64,000 nucleotides of DNA from positions 19,447 through 83,446 of the forward strand of contig CAZMHI010000009.1 of NCBI GenBank assembly GCA_964566055.1, given 5' to 3'. Source of the DNA: an uncultured Rhodospirillaceae bacterium (lineage in GTDB: Bacteria > Pseudomonadota > Alphaproteobacteria > Rhodospirillales > UBA2165). The notes below the pieces were generated by a model, which was given only the letters and a program-made list of their open reading frames with translations, was not told the DNA's origin and ran no database searches. Numbering within the stretch: position 1 is the first letter of the stretch; every line of letters begins with the position of its first letter. The position numbers were made by a program, and so were the translations under genes. Below are positions 29,352 to 38,425 of the stretch, piece after piece.

Positions 29352-29897
29352 ATGCAACTTAAAGACACCACGAACACTTTTGGCCTTTCTTCGATCCTGC
29401 TCCATTGGGTTACAGCACTTCTGATCATCGGTCTCTTTATCATGGGGCAGGTGATGGAGGGTATGCCACGGGGTTTCGAAAAACGTGAATTGATGGATTT
29501 GCATAAATCTCTCGGCATGCTGCTGTTATTCTTGGTCTTTATCCGCTTGGCATGGCGGCTCTTCCAGGGTTTCCCTGAGGCTGCCAATCCGTCAGCGACT
29601 TTTCTGAATAAGGTATCAAGGCTGTGGCATTGGGCTTTACTTATTATGATCGTTGCCATTCCGGTTACCGGGTTTATCGCTTCCGATACGGGATTTAGCG
29701 ATATAACATTCTTCGGCTTATTCACCTTTCCTGACATCTTTGGTTTTGATCACGAACTGCATGAGCAGTTTGAAGATATCCATGGCGCCTTAACCAAAAT
29801 TATCATACCTCTCGTGCTTATCCATGTCTTGGCGGCGTTAAAGCATCATTTCTGGGACAAGGATGCGACCTTGAAACGCATGATTGGTATGAACTAA
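29352..29897 (+). CDS. Cytochrome b561 (CybB/YceJ-like)
   Basis: LHW, LHKSLG, IH..IHVLAALKHH heme-ligand histidines; 4 TM helices. Confidence 0.92.
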   Translation: MQLKDTTNTFGLSSILLHWVTALLIIGLFIMGQVMEGMPRGFEKRELMDLHKSLGMLLLFLVFIRLAWRLFQGFPEAANPSATFLNKVSRLWHWALLIMIVAIPVTGFIASDTGFSDITFFGLFTFPDIFGFDHELHEQFEDIHGALTKIIIPLVLIHVLAALKHHFWDKDATLKRMIGMN

Positions 29898-29972
29898 ACC
29901 AGCCAAATAAACTTCCCCGAACTAAGCTAAAATAATTTAGACTGGCAGCAAAATACCAGACGGGGAAACTAT

Positions 29973-30875
29973 ATGAAAATTCATCCAACGGGAAAATTTG
30001 ACAATAGCGCTGAGGACTATAACCACATTGCAGCGCTGCCTCTGGCCGCCGCCATGGGAGCGGAAATCACCGGCGTTCAAATTAGCGACCTTACGGATGA
30101 GGCTTTCGCGGAAATTGAAGCTGCTCTTTATCGCCACAAGATGGTCTTTTTCCGCGACCAGGAGATCAGCCATACTGATCAGGAGAATTTTACTCTGCGT
30201 TTTGGCGAGTTCGGCACCGATGCCTATAATGCCGGCACGGAAGGCCACCCTGATATTCAAAAAGTCACCAAAGAGGCTGATACCCGCACCCATATGATTT
30301 TTGGCGGAACCTGGCATACGGATTCGCCATTTCTGGATCGCCCACCCGCCATCAGTATGCTCTACGCCGTTGATATTCCGCCTTACGGCGGCGATACGAT
30401 GTGGGCTAATAGCGCACTGGCGTATGAATTTCTGAGCGATACCATGAAAAATATTGTGACGCCGCTGAAAGTGCACATGTCAGCAGGCAATGTTGTCGCC
30501 GAAGTCATCAAGGATGGCGGCCGACAGCCGAAAAAGCTCGGGGCGACCAAGCTTAGCATTGATGTTGAACCGATGATCGAAGGAAATTTTCATCCGCTGG
30601 TGCGCAGCCATCCGGTGACGCACGAAAAGGCGCTTTATGTCGATGAAAGTTACACCATGGGCATCAAGGGTATGACTGAGTTCGAGGCAGCAGCGTTGTT
30701 GAACTTCCTTCAGTCGCATGTGACGCAGGATGCCTTTACCTGCCGGCTGCGCTGGCAAAAGAAAACGCTGGCGCTCTGGGACAACCGGATATGCCTGCAC
30801 CACGCCTTTAACGATCATGACGGCTTTCGCCGCGAGATGTACCGGACAACCGTGATGGGTGAAGTGCCGCAATAA
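29973..30875 (+). CDS. TauD/TfdA family 2-oxoglutarate-dependent dioxygenase
   Basis: WHTD, GGDT, HPLVRSHP, WDNRICLH..R. Confidence 0.93.
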   Translation: MKIHPTGKFDNSAEDYNHIAALPLAAAMGAEITGVQISDLTDEAFAEIEAALYRHKMVFFRDQEISHTDQENFTLRFGEFGTDAYNAGTEGHPDIQKVTKEADTRTHMIFGGTWHTDSPFLDRPPAISMLYAVDIPPYGGDTMWANSALAYEFLSDTMKNIVTPLKVHMSAGNVVAEVIKDGGRQPKKLGATKLSIDVEPMIEGNFHPLVRSHPVTHEKALYVDESYTMGIKGMTEFEAAALLNFLQSHVTQDAFTCRLRWQKKTLALWDNRICLHHAFNDHDGFRREMYRTTVMGEVPQ

Positions 30876-30906
30876 CGCAAAGCGGATAATTTTCTCAATA
30901 ATTCAT

Positions 30907-30963
30907 TTGACTCAAAAACCGTACCCGGCTTAAACTTCACTTACCGACCGGCTGGCCGGTCGG
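30907..30963 (+). promoter_or_regulatory. Sigma70-like promoter followed by a perfect palindrome (putative TetR operator)
   Basis: TTGACT-N18-TAAACT, then CCGACCGGC-TG-GCCGGTCGG (30944-30963) upstream of the TetR gene. Confidence 0.65.
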
Positions 30964-30996
30964 AGATAAGAAAAACCTAAAAAAAGCAGGTGAGGC

Positions 30997-31605
30997 GTGG
31001 ATAAACAAACACCAAAGAACTCGGTTGTTGACCGGTTCGATGAAATTTACCGGGTTACCGTGAAGCTGTTTCTTGAACGCGGCTATGACAACACGCCCCT
31101 GTCGCTCATCGCCCAGGAACTCGGATTAAGTAAGGCCGGCCTCTATCATCATTTTGAGAGCAAGGAACAATTGCTCTTTCATATTCACAAATACTCTATT
31201 GAGGCGACGCTTGTTCCCGTAATTGAGCGCGCCGAAGCTGAAACAGATCCTTTGAAAAGGCTGGAACAATATATCCGTGAATTTGCCGAAGTGATGGTTC
31301 ATGACCCGGCGATTCGGGTACTGATCGAGGAATCGAAGAGACTGTCACCGGAAAACCTAAAAGTAATACAAGCCAGCTGGCGCCGAGGCTTTGAGATAAT
31401 GCGTTCAACTATTGCGGAACTGCAGGCAGCCGGCAAAGGAAAAAACGATTTAAATCCCACAATTGCCGCTTTTGCCGCCATCGGTATGTGCAGCTCAACG
31501 CCTTACTGGTTCAGCCATACAGGCGCCGAAAAGATCAGCGATGTGGGAAATCATTTTGCACAGATTTTTTGCCAAGGGGCACTTGAAGAGCCACCGGCAG
31601 ACTAA
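30997..31605 (+). CDS. TetR/AcrR family transcriptional regulator
   Basis: LFLERGY..IAQELGLSKAGLYHHFESKEQL HTH. Confidence 0.93.
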   Translation: MDKQTPKNSVVDRFDEIYRVTVKLFLERGYDNTPLSLIAQELGLSKAGLYHHFESKEQLLFHIHKYSIEATLVPVIERAEAETDPLKRLEQYIREFAEVMVHDPAIRVLIEESKRLSPENLKVIQASWRRGFEIMRSTIAELQAAGKGKNDLNPTIAAFAAIGMCSSTPYWFSHTGAEKISDVGNHFAQIFCQGALEEPPAD

Positions 31606-31637
31606 GATTAGAAGTTAGACATTGGGAGGGGATGAAA

Positions 31638-32522
31638 ATGGTTGTTTTTTACCGGCGGATGCCGCGGTTTGAGTATCTAAAACCGGACAGTTTCCAAGAC
31701 GTCTTAAATTTATTGCAGGACGGCGGGCCTGAGCGCTACCGGGTATTCGCAGGCGGCACCGATCTGATGGATCAGCTTAAGCAAAGAAAAATCGAGGTGC
31801 CGGAAACGGTGATTGATCTGAAAGGTCTGGCTGAGCTCGAATTTATCGACTTCGATAATTCATCGGGATTGCGCATCGGTGCCTTAACAACCGTCACCGA
31901 TGTTGCCAAATCTCCGGAGATTGAGCAGCACTATCCTGCTCTCGCCCAAGGTGCCCGCGAAATTGCTTCCATTCAAATCCAAAACCGGGCGACGATCACC
32001 GGCAATATTTGTAATGCCGTCTCTTCCGCTGATTCAGCGCCGCCCCTATTGGCGCTGGGTGCTGAGGTCGTCTGCGCCAGCGGTCAAAGCGAACGCAGGA
32101 TCAAAATCGAAGACTTCTTTGCCGGCCCCGGCAAAACCGTCTTGCAAGCGGATGAATTGGTGAAAGAAATCACCTTACCGCCGCCGGTTGAGGGCAGCGA
32201 TAGCGTCTATCTCAAATTGGCGCCAAGGGGCCGCATGGACCTGGCCTGGATCGGCGTCGCTGTCTGGGCCAGTATTTCGGATGGCAAATTCAACGATGTC
32301 CGCATTGGCTTAGGCGCTGCGGCGCCGACACCGATCCGCACACCTAAGGCTGAAGAATTCTTGCGCGGGGCGGATGTAACGGCAGAAAACATTGAAGCCG
32401 CCGGCGCAATTGCCTCTAGCGAAGCGAACCCCCGCGAAAACAGTTTCCGCGCTGGTGGCGAGTACCGCCACATGATGGTCGAGGTGCTGGTTAAGCGCGC
32501 GCTCACGCAGATCGCCGGATAA
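31638..32522 (+). CDS. Xanthine-oxidase-family molybdoenzyme, FAD-binding subunit
   Basis: AGGTDL, LRIGAL, IQNRATITGNICNA..ADSAP; ATG 31638 chosen on GGAGG spacing. Confidence 0.92.
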   Translation: MVVFYRRMPRFEYLKPDSFQDVLNLLQDGGPERYRVFAGGTDLMDQLKQRKIEVPETVIDLKGLAELEFIDFDNSSGLRIGALTTVTDVAKSPEIEQHYPALAQGAREIASIQIQNRATITGNICNAVSSADSAPPLLALGAEVVCASGQSERRIKIEDFFAGPGKTVLQADELVKEITLPPPVEGSDSVYLKLAPRGRMDLAWIGVAVWASISDGKFNDVRIGLGAAAPTPIRTPKAEEFLRGADVTAENIEAAGAIASSEANPRENSFRAGGEYRHMMVEVLVKRALTQIAG

Positions 32523-32534
32523 GGGAGAGATAAA

Positions 32535-33032
32535 ATGGAAAAAATCACCTGCAATTTTACGGTAAACGGCAAGGCTGAAGAGGTTTCTCTAAACCCCAAC
32601 CGGACCCTGCTGCACATGCTGCGCGAAGACCTGCTCTTTCACGGCGTCCGCGAAGGCTGCAGCCATGGTGAATGCGGCTCCTGCAACGTTATTCTCGACG
32701 GCAAGCTGGTGAATGCTTGCCTGATCCTGGCGGTTGAAGCCGATGGCATGGAAATCCTCACCGTCGAAGGCATGGCCGAGGGCGAAGACCTGCACCCCAT
32801 CCAGCAAGCTTTTGTCGATGAAAGCGGCATGCAATGCGGCGCCTGCACCACTGGCATGATTTTGTCGACGAAAAATCTCCTTGATGCTAATCCTGATCCC
32901 AGCCGCGAAGAGATCAAGGACGCGCTGGCTGGCAATTTCTGCCGCTGCACCGGCTATGCCAAGATATTTGAATCCGTTGAAGCCGCAGCTGAGACCATGA
33001 AGGGGCGGTATGAAAAAGGGAGTGTGGCATGA
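32535..33032 (+). CDS. Xanthine-oxidase-family molybdoenzyme, 2x[2Fe-2S] subunit
   Basis: GCSHGECGSC..NAC, QCGAC..CRCTGY. Confidence 0.95.
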   Translation: MEKITCNFTVNGKAEEVSLNPNRTLLHMLREDLLFHGVREGCSHGECGSCNVILDGKLVNACLILAVEADGMEILTVEGMAEGEDLHPIQQAFVDESGMQCGACTTGMILSTKNLLDANPDPSREEIKDALAGNFCRCTGYAKIFESVEAAAETMKGRYEKGSVA

Positions 33033-35368
33033 GCGATCAACCCGCAAAAATCGGTGATAACTGGCCAAATTTGATCGGCAAACGCCTGCCCCGGGTCGAT
33101 GCGGTCGAGAAAGTCAACGGCGACGCTAAATATGCCGGTGACTTTAATATGGCGGGGCAGCTCTGGATGAAAATCCTGAGGAGCCCTTACCCCCACGCCA
33201 AAATCATCAGCATCGACGCCAGCAAAGCGCTGGCCCTGCCGGGTGTCAAAGAAGTCGTGACCGGCAAGGATTTCAATGGCTGGTCCTGGGGCTGGGGGCC
33301 GACGACGCGGGATGAAACGCCCTTGGCTGATGAGAAAGTCCGCTATTTCGCCGAAGCCGTCGCTGCAGTCGCCGCCGAAGATGAAGAAACCGCCGAGGAA
33401 GCTTGTGCTCTTATTGATGTCGTCTACGAGGAGTTGCCGGGCATTTTTGATGCGGAAGAAGCGATGAAAGACGGCGCGCCGCAAGTGCACGACTATGTCG
33501 ACAACAATATCAGCTGGGATTTTCACATGGATTACGGCGATGTCGAGGAAGGCTTCGCCGAGGCTGATCTGGTGCGGGAAGACCGCTTCGAAACCGGCCG
33601 TACGTTGACCGGCTTTTTGGAGCCACCAGCTGCGGTCGCTCAGTACGACACCTCCGGCATTACCATCCATGCCGCCAAACAAAGCCCGTATTTTATTTAC
33701 CGCCAACTGGCGTCTTGTTTTAAATTGCCACTTAGCAAAGTCCGCGTTATCCAGCCCTATGTCGGGGGCGGTTTCGGCGGCACCAAAAACGATTCTACTG
33801 CCGGTGATTTTTGCGCCGTCATGTTGGCCAAGAAGACCAAACGGCCGGTTAAGTTCGTCTATAACATGGAAGAAGTGCTGACGACCTGCCGCCGCCGTCA
33901 CAATATGATTGTCGACTGTAAAATGGGCATGAAAAAGGACGGCACCATCACAGCAGTGCAGACCAAAGTGATTGCTGATGGCGGCGCTTTTACAGCGATC
34001 GGTCCGCTGACCATGTATCTCACCGGTATCATGACGACCCTGCCCTATAAGCTGAAGCATTATAAACATGATGCCTACCGCATCTTCACCAATCATCCGG
34101 TTAGCGCCGCCATGCGTGGCCACGGCGTCACCCATACGCGCTTTGCCGCTGAAATCCAGATGGAGAAAATGGCCGATGAGTTGGGCATCGATCCGGTCGA
34201 AGTGCGGATGATTAATGCCATCGAAGCGCCCCATGAGACCATCAACGGCATCACGGTAGACACCTGCGGCCTCAAGGAAGGTCTGGAGATTGTTTCCTCA
34301 TCCTCGGCCTGGAAAGACAAAGATCAAAACAAAAAGGATGGCCCGGTGGTCCGGGGCGTCGGCATTTCCGGCACCTCGCATTTGGGCGGCGCCCGCCAGC
34401 GAGGTCATCAGTCCTGTGCTGCTATCGTCCGGCTCTGTGAAGACGGCACGGTCAATTACCTGACCGGCGCCAGCGATGCCGGTCAAGGATCAGATACGGT
34501 GCTGGTTCAACTGGTCGCTGAAGAGCTCGGTTTGACCATGGAAGATGTCTCCATCCAGCGGGTGGATACGGCGGTGACACCGGTCGATAACGGCAGCTAC
34601 GGCAGCCGGGTGACGATATTAGCCGGCCAGGCCGCGCAAAAAGCTGCTCAGGAAGTAAAACGCCAGCTGGCCGAGGCCGCCGCCAAAATCTGGCAGGTTG
34701 AGGCGGACAAAATCCTCTTTAACGACCGCACTGTCTTTGTCGATGGCGATCCGGATAAGTCCATGCCCTTTAAGAAACTCACTCAGATTGCCTGCTATTC
34801 CGAAACCGGGGCGGTGATTATGGGCAAAGGCTATTCAGAATACGGTCTGGAAAAAATGGATTTCGAAAAAGGCTATGGTAATCCCGGGGTCAATTACAGT
34901 TTTACCTCTCAGCTTTCCGCCGTCGATGTCGATATTGAAACCGGCATGGTCAGCGCCAAAGATTTTCTCATCGCCCATGATTGTGGCCGGCCCTTGCATC
35001 CAGTGAACGTTGAAGCTCAAACTCAGGGTGCCGCTTCGCAAGGCTTAGGCCAGGCGCTTTACGAGCACTTCCAAATGCGCAACGGCCACACCATGAACTC
35101 GACCATGGTTAACTACATGATGCCGCTTTCGACTGAACACCCGGATTTTGAACTGCATGACATCATTACCGATGATCCGCACGGTCCCTTTGGCGCCAAG
35201 GAAGCCTCAGAAGGCTCGATCATTTCAACCCCGCCTTCGATCGTCAGTGCCATCCACGATGCCACCGGTATCTGGTTCACCAAGCTGCCGGTAACGCCGG
35301 AAAAAATTGTGCTCGCCCTCAAAGAGAAAAAAGAACGCGAGGCCGCTCTACAGAAGGAAAATGAGTAA
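33029..35368 (+). CDS. Molybdopterin-binding subunit, 4-hydroxybenzoyl-CoA reductase alpha (HcrA/HbaC)-like
   Basis: VGGGFGG, AMRGHG, GQGSDT, GSYGSRVT, GPFGAKEASEG. Confidence 0.88.
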   Translation: MSDQPAKIGDNWPNLIGKRLPRVDAVEKVNGDAKYAGDFNMAGQLWMKILRSPYPHAKIISIDASKALALPGVKEVVTGKDFNGWSWGWGPTTRDETPLADEKVRYFAEAVAAVAAEDEETAEEACALIDVVYEELPGIFDAEEAMKDGAPQVHDYVDNNISWDFHMDYGDVEEGFAEADLVREDRFETGRTLTGFLEPPAAVAQYDTSGITIHAAKQSPYFIYRQLASCFKLPLSKVRVIQPYVGGGFGGTKNDSTAGDFCAVMLAKKTKRPVKFVYNMEEVLTTCRRRHNMIVDCKMGMKKDGTITAVQTKVIADGGAFTAIGPLTMYLTGIMTTLPYKLKHYKHDAYRIFTNHPVSAAMRGHGVTHTRFAAEIQMEKMADELGIDPVEVRMINAIEAPHETINGITVDTCGLKEGLEIVSSSSAWKDKDQNKKDGPVVRGVGISGTSHLGGARQRGHQSCAAIVRLCEDGTVNYLTGASDAGQGSDTVLVQLVAEELGLTMEDVSIQRVDTAVTPVDNGSYGSRVTILAGQAAQKAAQEVKRQLAEAAAKIWQVEADKILFNDRTVFVDGDPDKSMPFKKLTQIACYSETGAVIMGKGYSEYGLEKMDFEKGYGNPGVNYSFTSQLSAVDVDIETGMVSAKDFLIAHDCGRPLHPVNVEAQTQGAASQGLGQALYEHFQMRNGHTMNSTMVNYMMPLSTEHPDFELHDIITDDPHGPFGAKEASEGSIISTPPSIVSAIHDATGIWFTKLPVTPEKIVLALKEKKEREAALQKENE

Positions 35369-36513
35369 TGGAATATCCCTTTGACGACGACCAAAAGACT
35401 TTTAGAGAACATCTTTCCCGCTGGGTTGATGAACGATTAATCCCCCGTGCCGAAGAATTGGATGAAAGCGGTGACTTTGCCCGGGATCTGTTCAAAGAAC
35501 TCGGTGAGCTCGGCTATCTTGGTATCAAATACCCGGAAGAATATGGCGGTGCTGGGTTGGACCAGCGCTATGTCTATTACACCATGATGTGTGAAGAACT
35601 GGCACGGGGCTCGATGGGCTTTGCCGCCACGGTCGCCATGCATGGCTCGGCTGCCTCGCACATGTTGTTCGAGGACGGTACGGAAGAACAAAAACAAAAA
35701 TATCTGGTACCGGCGCTCAAAGGCGACATGGTCTGCGCCTTTGCCATCACCGAACCGCAAGCCGGCTCAGATGCCGCCGCCATCCGCACCCGCGCCGAAC
35801 GTACCGACGATGGCTGGGTAATCAATGGCAGCAAAATATTTACCTCGAACGGCGTCCATGCGGATTTTATTACGGTCGTTGCCAAAGTCGATGGCGTCGC
35901 CGGAGCAAAAGGCATGGCGTTATTTTTAGTCGACACCAAGACCCCAGGCTTTAGTGTGGGCCGCCAAATTGAAAAATTCACAACGCATTGTTCGGACACG
36001 GCGGAGCTGTTTTTTGAAGACATGAAGCTGCCGCTCGATTGCCGCTTGGGCGGCGAAGATAGCGACTTTAAAGGCGCTTACCGGATGCTGACCGTCGACC
36101 GGATCATTACCGCAGCGATTGCTTTAGGTAATGCCAAGGCGGCTTATCAAGCCGCGCTGGCCTATGCCCACGAACGCGAGCAGTTTGACCAAACTATTTT
36201 TAACTTCCAGGCGGTGCAGTTTAAACTGGTTGATATGTTGGCAACCTTGGAGCAAGCGCATCTCTATACCTATCACTGCGCGGCCATGGCGGATCGCGGT
36301 GAGGATGTCACCAAAGAAGCGGCGATTGCCAAAATTGTCGCTGGTGACGGCGGTAATGAAATTTGCCAGAAAGCACTTAATATTTTCGGCGGCTATGGGC
36401 TGACGATGGAATATCCGGCGCAGCGCTATTTGCGGGATTCTTACTTTCCATTGATCGGCGGCGGCACCAGTGACATCATGCGTCTGCTAGCTGCCAGGAA
36501 ATTGGGGATTTAG
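35368..36513 (+). CDS. Acyl-CoA dehydrogenase family protein
   Basis: FAITEPQAGSD, INGSKIFTSNG, REQF, IFGGYG; its ATG overlaps the upstream stop. Confidence 0.93.
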   Translation: MEYPFDDDQKTFREHLSRWVDERLIPRAEELDESGDFARDLFKELGELGYLGIKYPEEYGGAGLDQRYVYYTMMCEELARGSMGFAATVAMHGSAASHMLFEDGTEEQKQKYLVPALKGDMVCAFAITEPQAGSDAAAIRTRAERTDDGWVINGSKIFTSNGVHADFITVVAKVDGVAGAKGMALFLVDTKTPGFSVGRQIEKFTTHCSDTAELFFEDMKLPLDCRLGGEDSDFKGAYRMLTVDRIITAAIALGNAKAAYQAALAYAHEREQFDQTIFNFQAVQFKLVDMLATLEQAHLYTYHCAAMADRGEDVTKEAAIAKIVAGDGGNEICQKALNIFGGYGLTMEYPAQRYLRDSYFPLIGGGTSDIMRLLAARKLGI

Positions 36514-36530
36514 AAGGGGAAATAGTTACA

Positions 36531-37472
36531 ATGTCAAAAGAACGCATCACGGGATCATTTGTCGCCCTAATCACGCCGTTTAACGAAGATGGCTCGATTG
36601 ATTTCGAAGGCTTCCGGACACTGCTGGATTTTCATGAAAATAACGGCACCAGCGCCGTGCTGATCATGGGGTCAACCGGCGAAGTTTCGATGCTGAGCCC
36701 CGAAGAACGTCATCAAATTGTGACAGAGACCCTGAAACATAAATCTGGAAAGATGCTGTTTTACTATGGCTGCACCGGACCTCATACCCAGGCAACCATT
36801 GACTACGTAGCCCACGCCGCCAAGGAAGGCGCTGACGGCGCCATTATCGCGGCGCCGGCTTATATCTGCGCCTCGAACGAAGATATTGTTCAGTATTTCC
36901 TCGAGGTTGCCGATGCCAGCGATATTCCCATTGGTATTTACAACAATCCGCCGCGGGTGAAAACCGATCTGACGACGGCTGATATTGTCCGTCTGGCCGA
37001 TCATCCCAACATTGTCGTCAACAAGGAATCAACCACCCGGGTCGGTCAGGTCGCTCAGCTGTGCGCGGCCAAGCCGGATCTGTCGCTGATGTGCTGCTGT
37101 TCTCCCAATCTGGGTCTGGTTGTGCCTTTGATGGCTCTCGGCGGACACGGTACGGCGAATATGACCGGCAATCTTATCCCGCAGGAAATGGCCATTATAT
37201 CCACACCCTGGCAGGATGACGGTGACGCTTTTAACTGCCGCGAAGCTTGGCTCAAAAACCTGCCGATGTTGCATTTCGCTTATTCGGAAACAAATCCAGT
37301 GGCTGTAAAATCCCTAATGCAGGCAATCGGCATGCCGGCCGGGCCCTTAAGACGCCCCCTCAGGCCTTTAAATCCCCAAGCCCTGCAAGTGGGCTTGGAT
37401 ATCGTGCGCGATCTGGAACTGGATAAAAAGTATGGCTATTCGCTGAAATCGGCGCTGGCAGCTGCAGAATAG
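36531..37472 (+). CDS. DapA/NAL-family class I aldolase
   Basis: ALITPF, GSTGE, IYNNP, Schiff-base Lys in NKES. Confidence 0.88.
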   Translation: MSKERITGSFVALITPFNEDGSIDFEGFRTLLDFHENNGTSAVLIMGSTGEVSMLSPEERHQIVTETLKHKSGKMLFYYGCTGPHTQATIDYVAHAAKEGADGAIIAAPAYICASNEDIVQYFLEVADASDIPIGIYNNPPRVKTDLTTADIVRLADHPNIVVNKESTTRVGQVAQLCAAKPDLSLMCCCSPNLGLVVPLMALGGHGTANMTGNLIPQEMAIISTPWQDDGDAFNCREAWLKNLPMLHFAYSETNPVAVKSLMQAIGMPAGPLRRPLRPLNPQALQVGLDIVRDLELDKKYGYSLKSALAAAE

Positions 37473-37794
37473 ACGCCACCATCACCTTTTAAGCCACATC
37501 TCCATACCATCTGGCTGCCGGTTTGGGTAATCACTTTGCTCACCACGTAACTGTCGTTAATTTCAACCAAAGCGGATTTAAATTATCTTCCTTAGGAGAG
37601 TCAATTATTGGCTAAAACAATGTGTTTTGCCGAGGCTTGAGGGCTGCTGCATACCCTAATATTCTAATTCTAAGTTGATGAAAATGTTGAGATATGCCAT
37701 CTTCGATTGAAATCTATTAATATATTGTCAGATTTTTAACTACATAATGAATGCGTTAAAGCGAGGTCCAATTTAGTAAGGAAAGAGTTTAAAA

Positions 37795-38316
37795 TTGTCC
37801 GTAGCTTATAACTTTTCTGAAATAACAATTTTTATTGTCGAGGAAAATCCGTTTCTTCGCGAATTGCTATCGGATTTGTTAAAACAATTTAAGCCCAAAA
37901 AAATTTACACTGAATCCAAATGTGACATTGCCTTAGAGCGCATAACTGAAATTATGCCAGACATCATTTTTGCCAGCTGGACCCCGATGTCTGAAATCAT
38001 TCACCTCTTCAAAAATGTGCGCCACAGTCCTAACGATAATCTAAGCGAAATACCGATTATCGCCATCACGTCGTATACCGAAAAGAAATACGTGATTGCG
38101 GCCAGGGATCTGGGTATGAGCGAATATCTCGCCTTGCCGCTATCGGCGAAATCGGTTTACGCCCGCATCTGTAAGCTCATTGAGAAACCAAGAAATTTTG
38201 TCCGCTCGGCCGTCTATTGCGGACCTGATCGGCGCGTTAAAAAAATTGTCTATCCGGGTGAAGAGCGCCGCAAAGAAAGCGCAGAATCGGAAGACGCAGA
38301 GCAAGTCAGCGCCTGA
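37795..38316 (+). CDS. Atypical (pseudo-)receiver domain protein with GPDRR tail
   Basis: Receiver fold pattern with IPIIAIT, ARDLG and YCGPDRR; lacks the phospho-Asp and conserved Lys. Confidence 0.8.
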   Translation: MSVAYNFSEITIFIVEENPFLRELLSDLLKQFKPKKIYTESKCDIALERITEIMPDIIFASWTPMSEIIHLFKNVRHSPNDNLSEIPIIAITSYTEKKYVIAARDLGMSEYLALPLSAKSVYARICKLIEKPRNFVRSAVYCGPDRRVKKIVYPGEERRKESAESEDAEQVSA

Positions 38317-38425
38317 CATAATTTTTAATACCCGCCCATTCTCTATTTCTTAAAAACTCAAAGACACTTTAGGTGTGGGATTAGTTATGTATACTTATTG
38401 CTCTTAAATGGGGGAGGTATTGATT

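Noticed and set aside
32954-34234. 426-aa antisense ORF (and similar long shadows such as 46329-46991 and 26596-27160)
   Set aside because: They lie opposite well-supported genes and have no recognisable motifs; expected shadow frames.
31638-35368. Aerobic CO dehydrogenase (coxMSL)
   Set aside because: Gene order is the same, but the active-site loop is AMRGHG, not AYRCSFR or AYRGAGR.
37473-37600. Possible gene remnant on the minus strand after the aldolase
   Set aside because: Only short open frames with no recognisable homology; cannot be supported.
38317-38425. Cobalamin riboswitch upstream of the dehalogenase operons
   Set aside because: The intergenic regions before both Rdh loci are short and show no B12-box or other recognisable riboswitch core.
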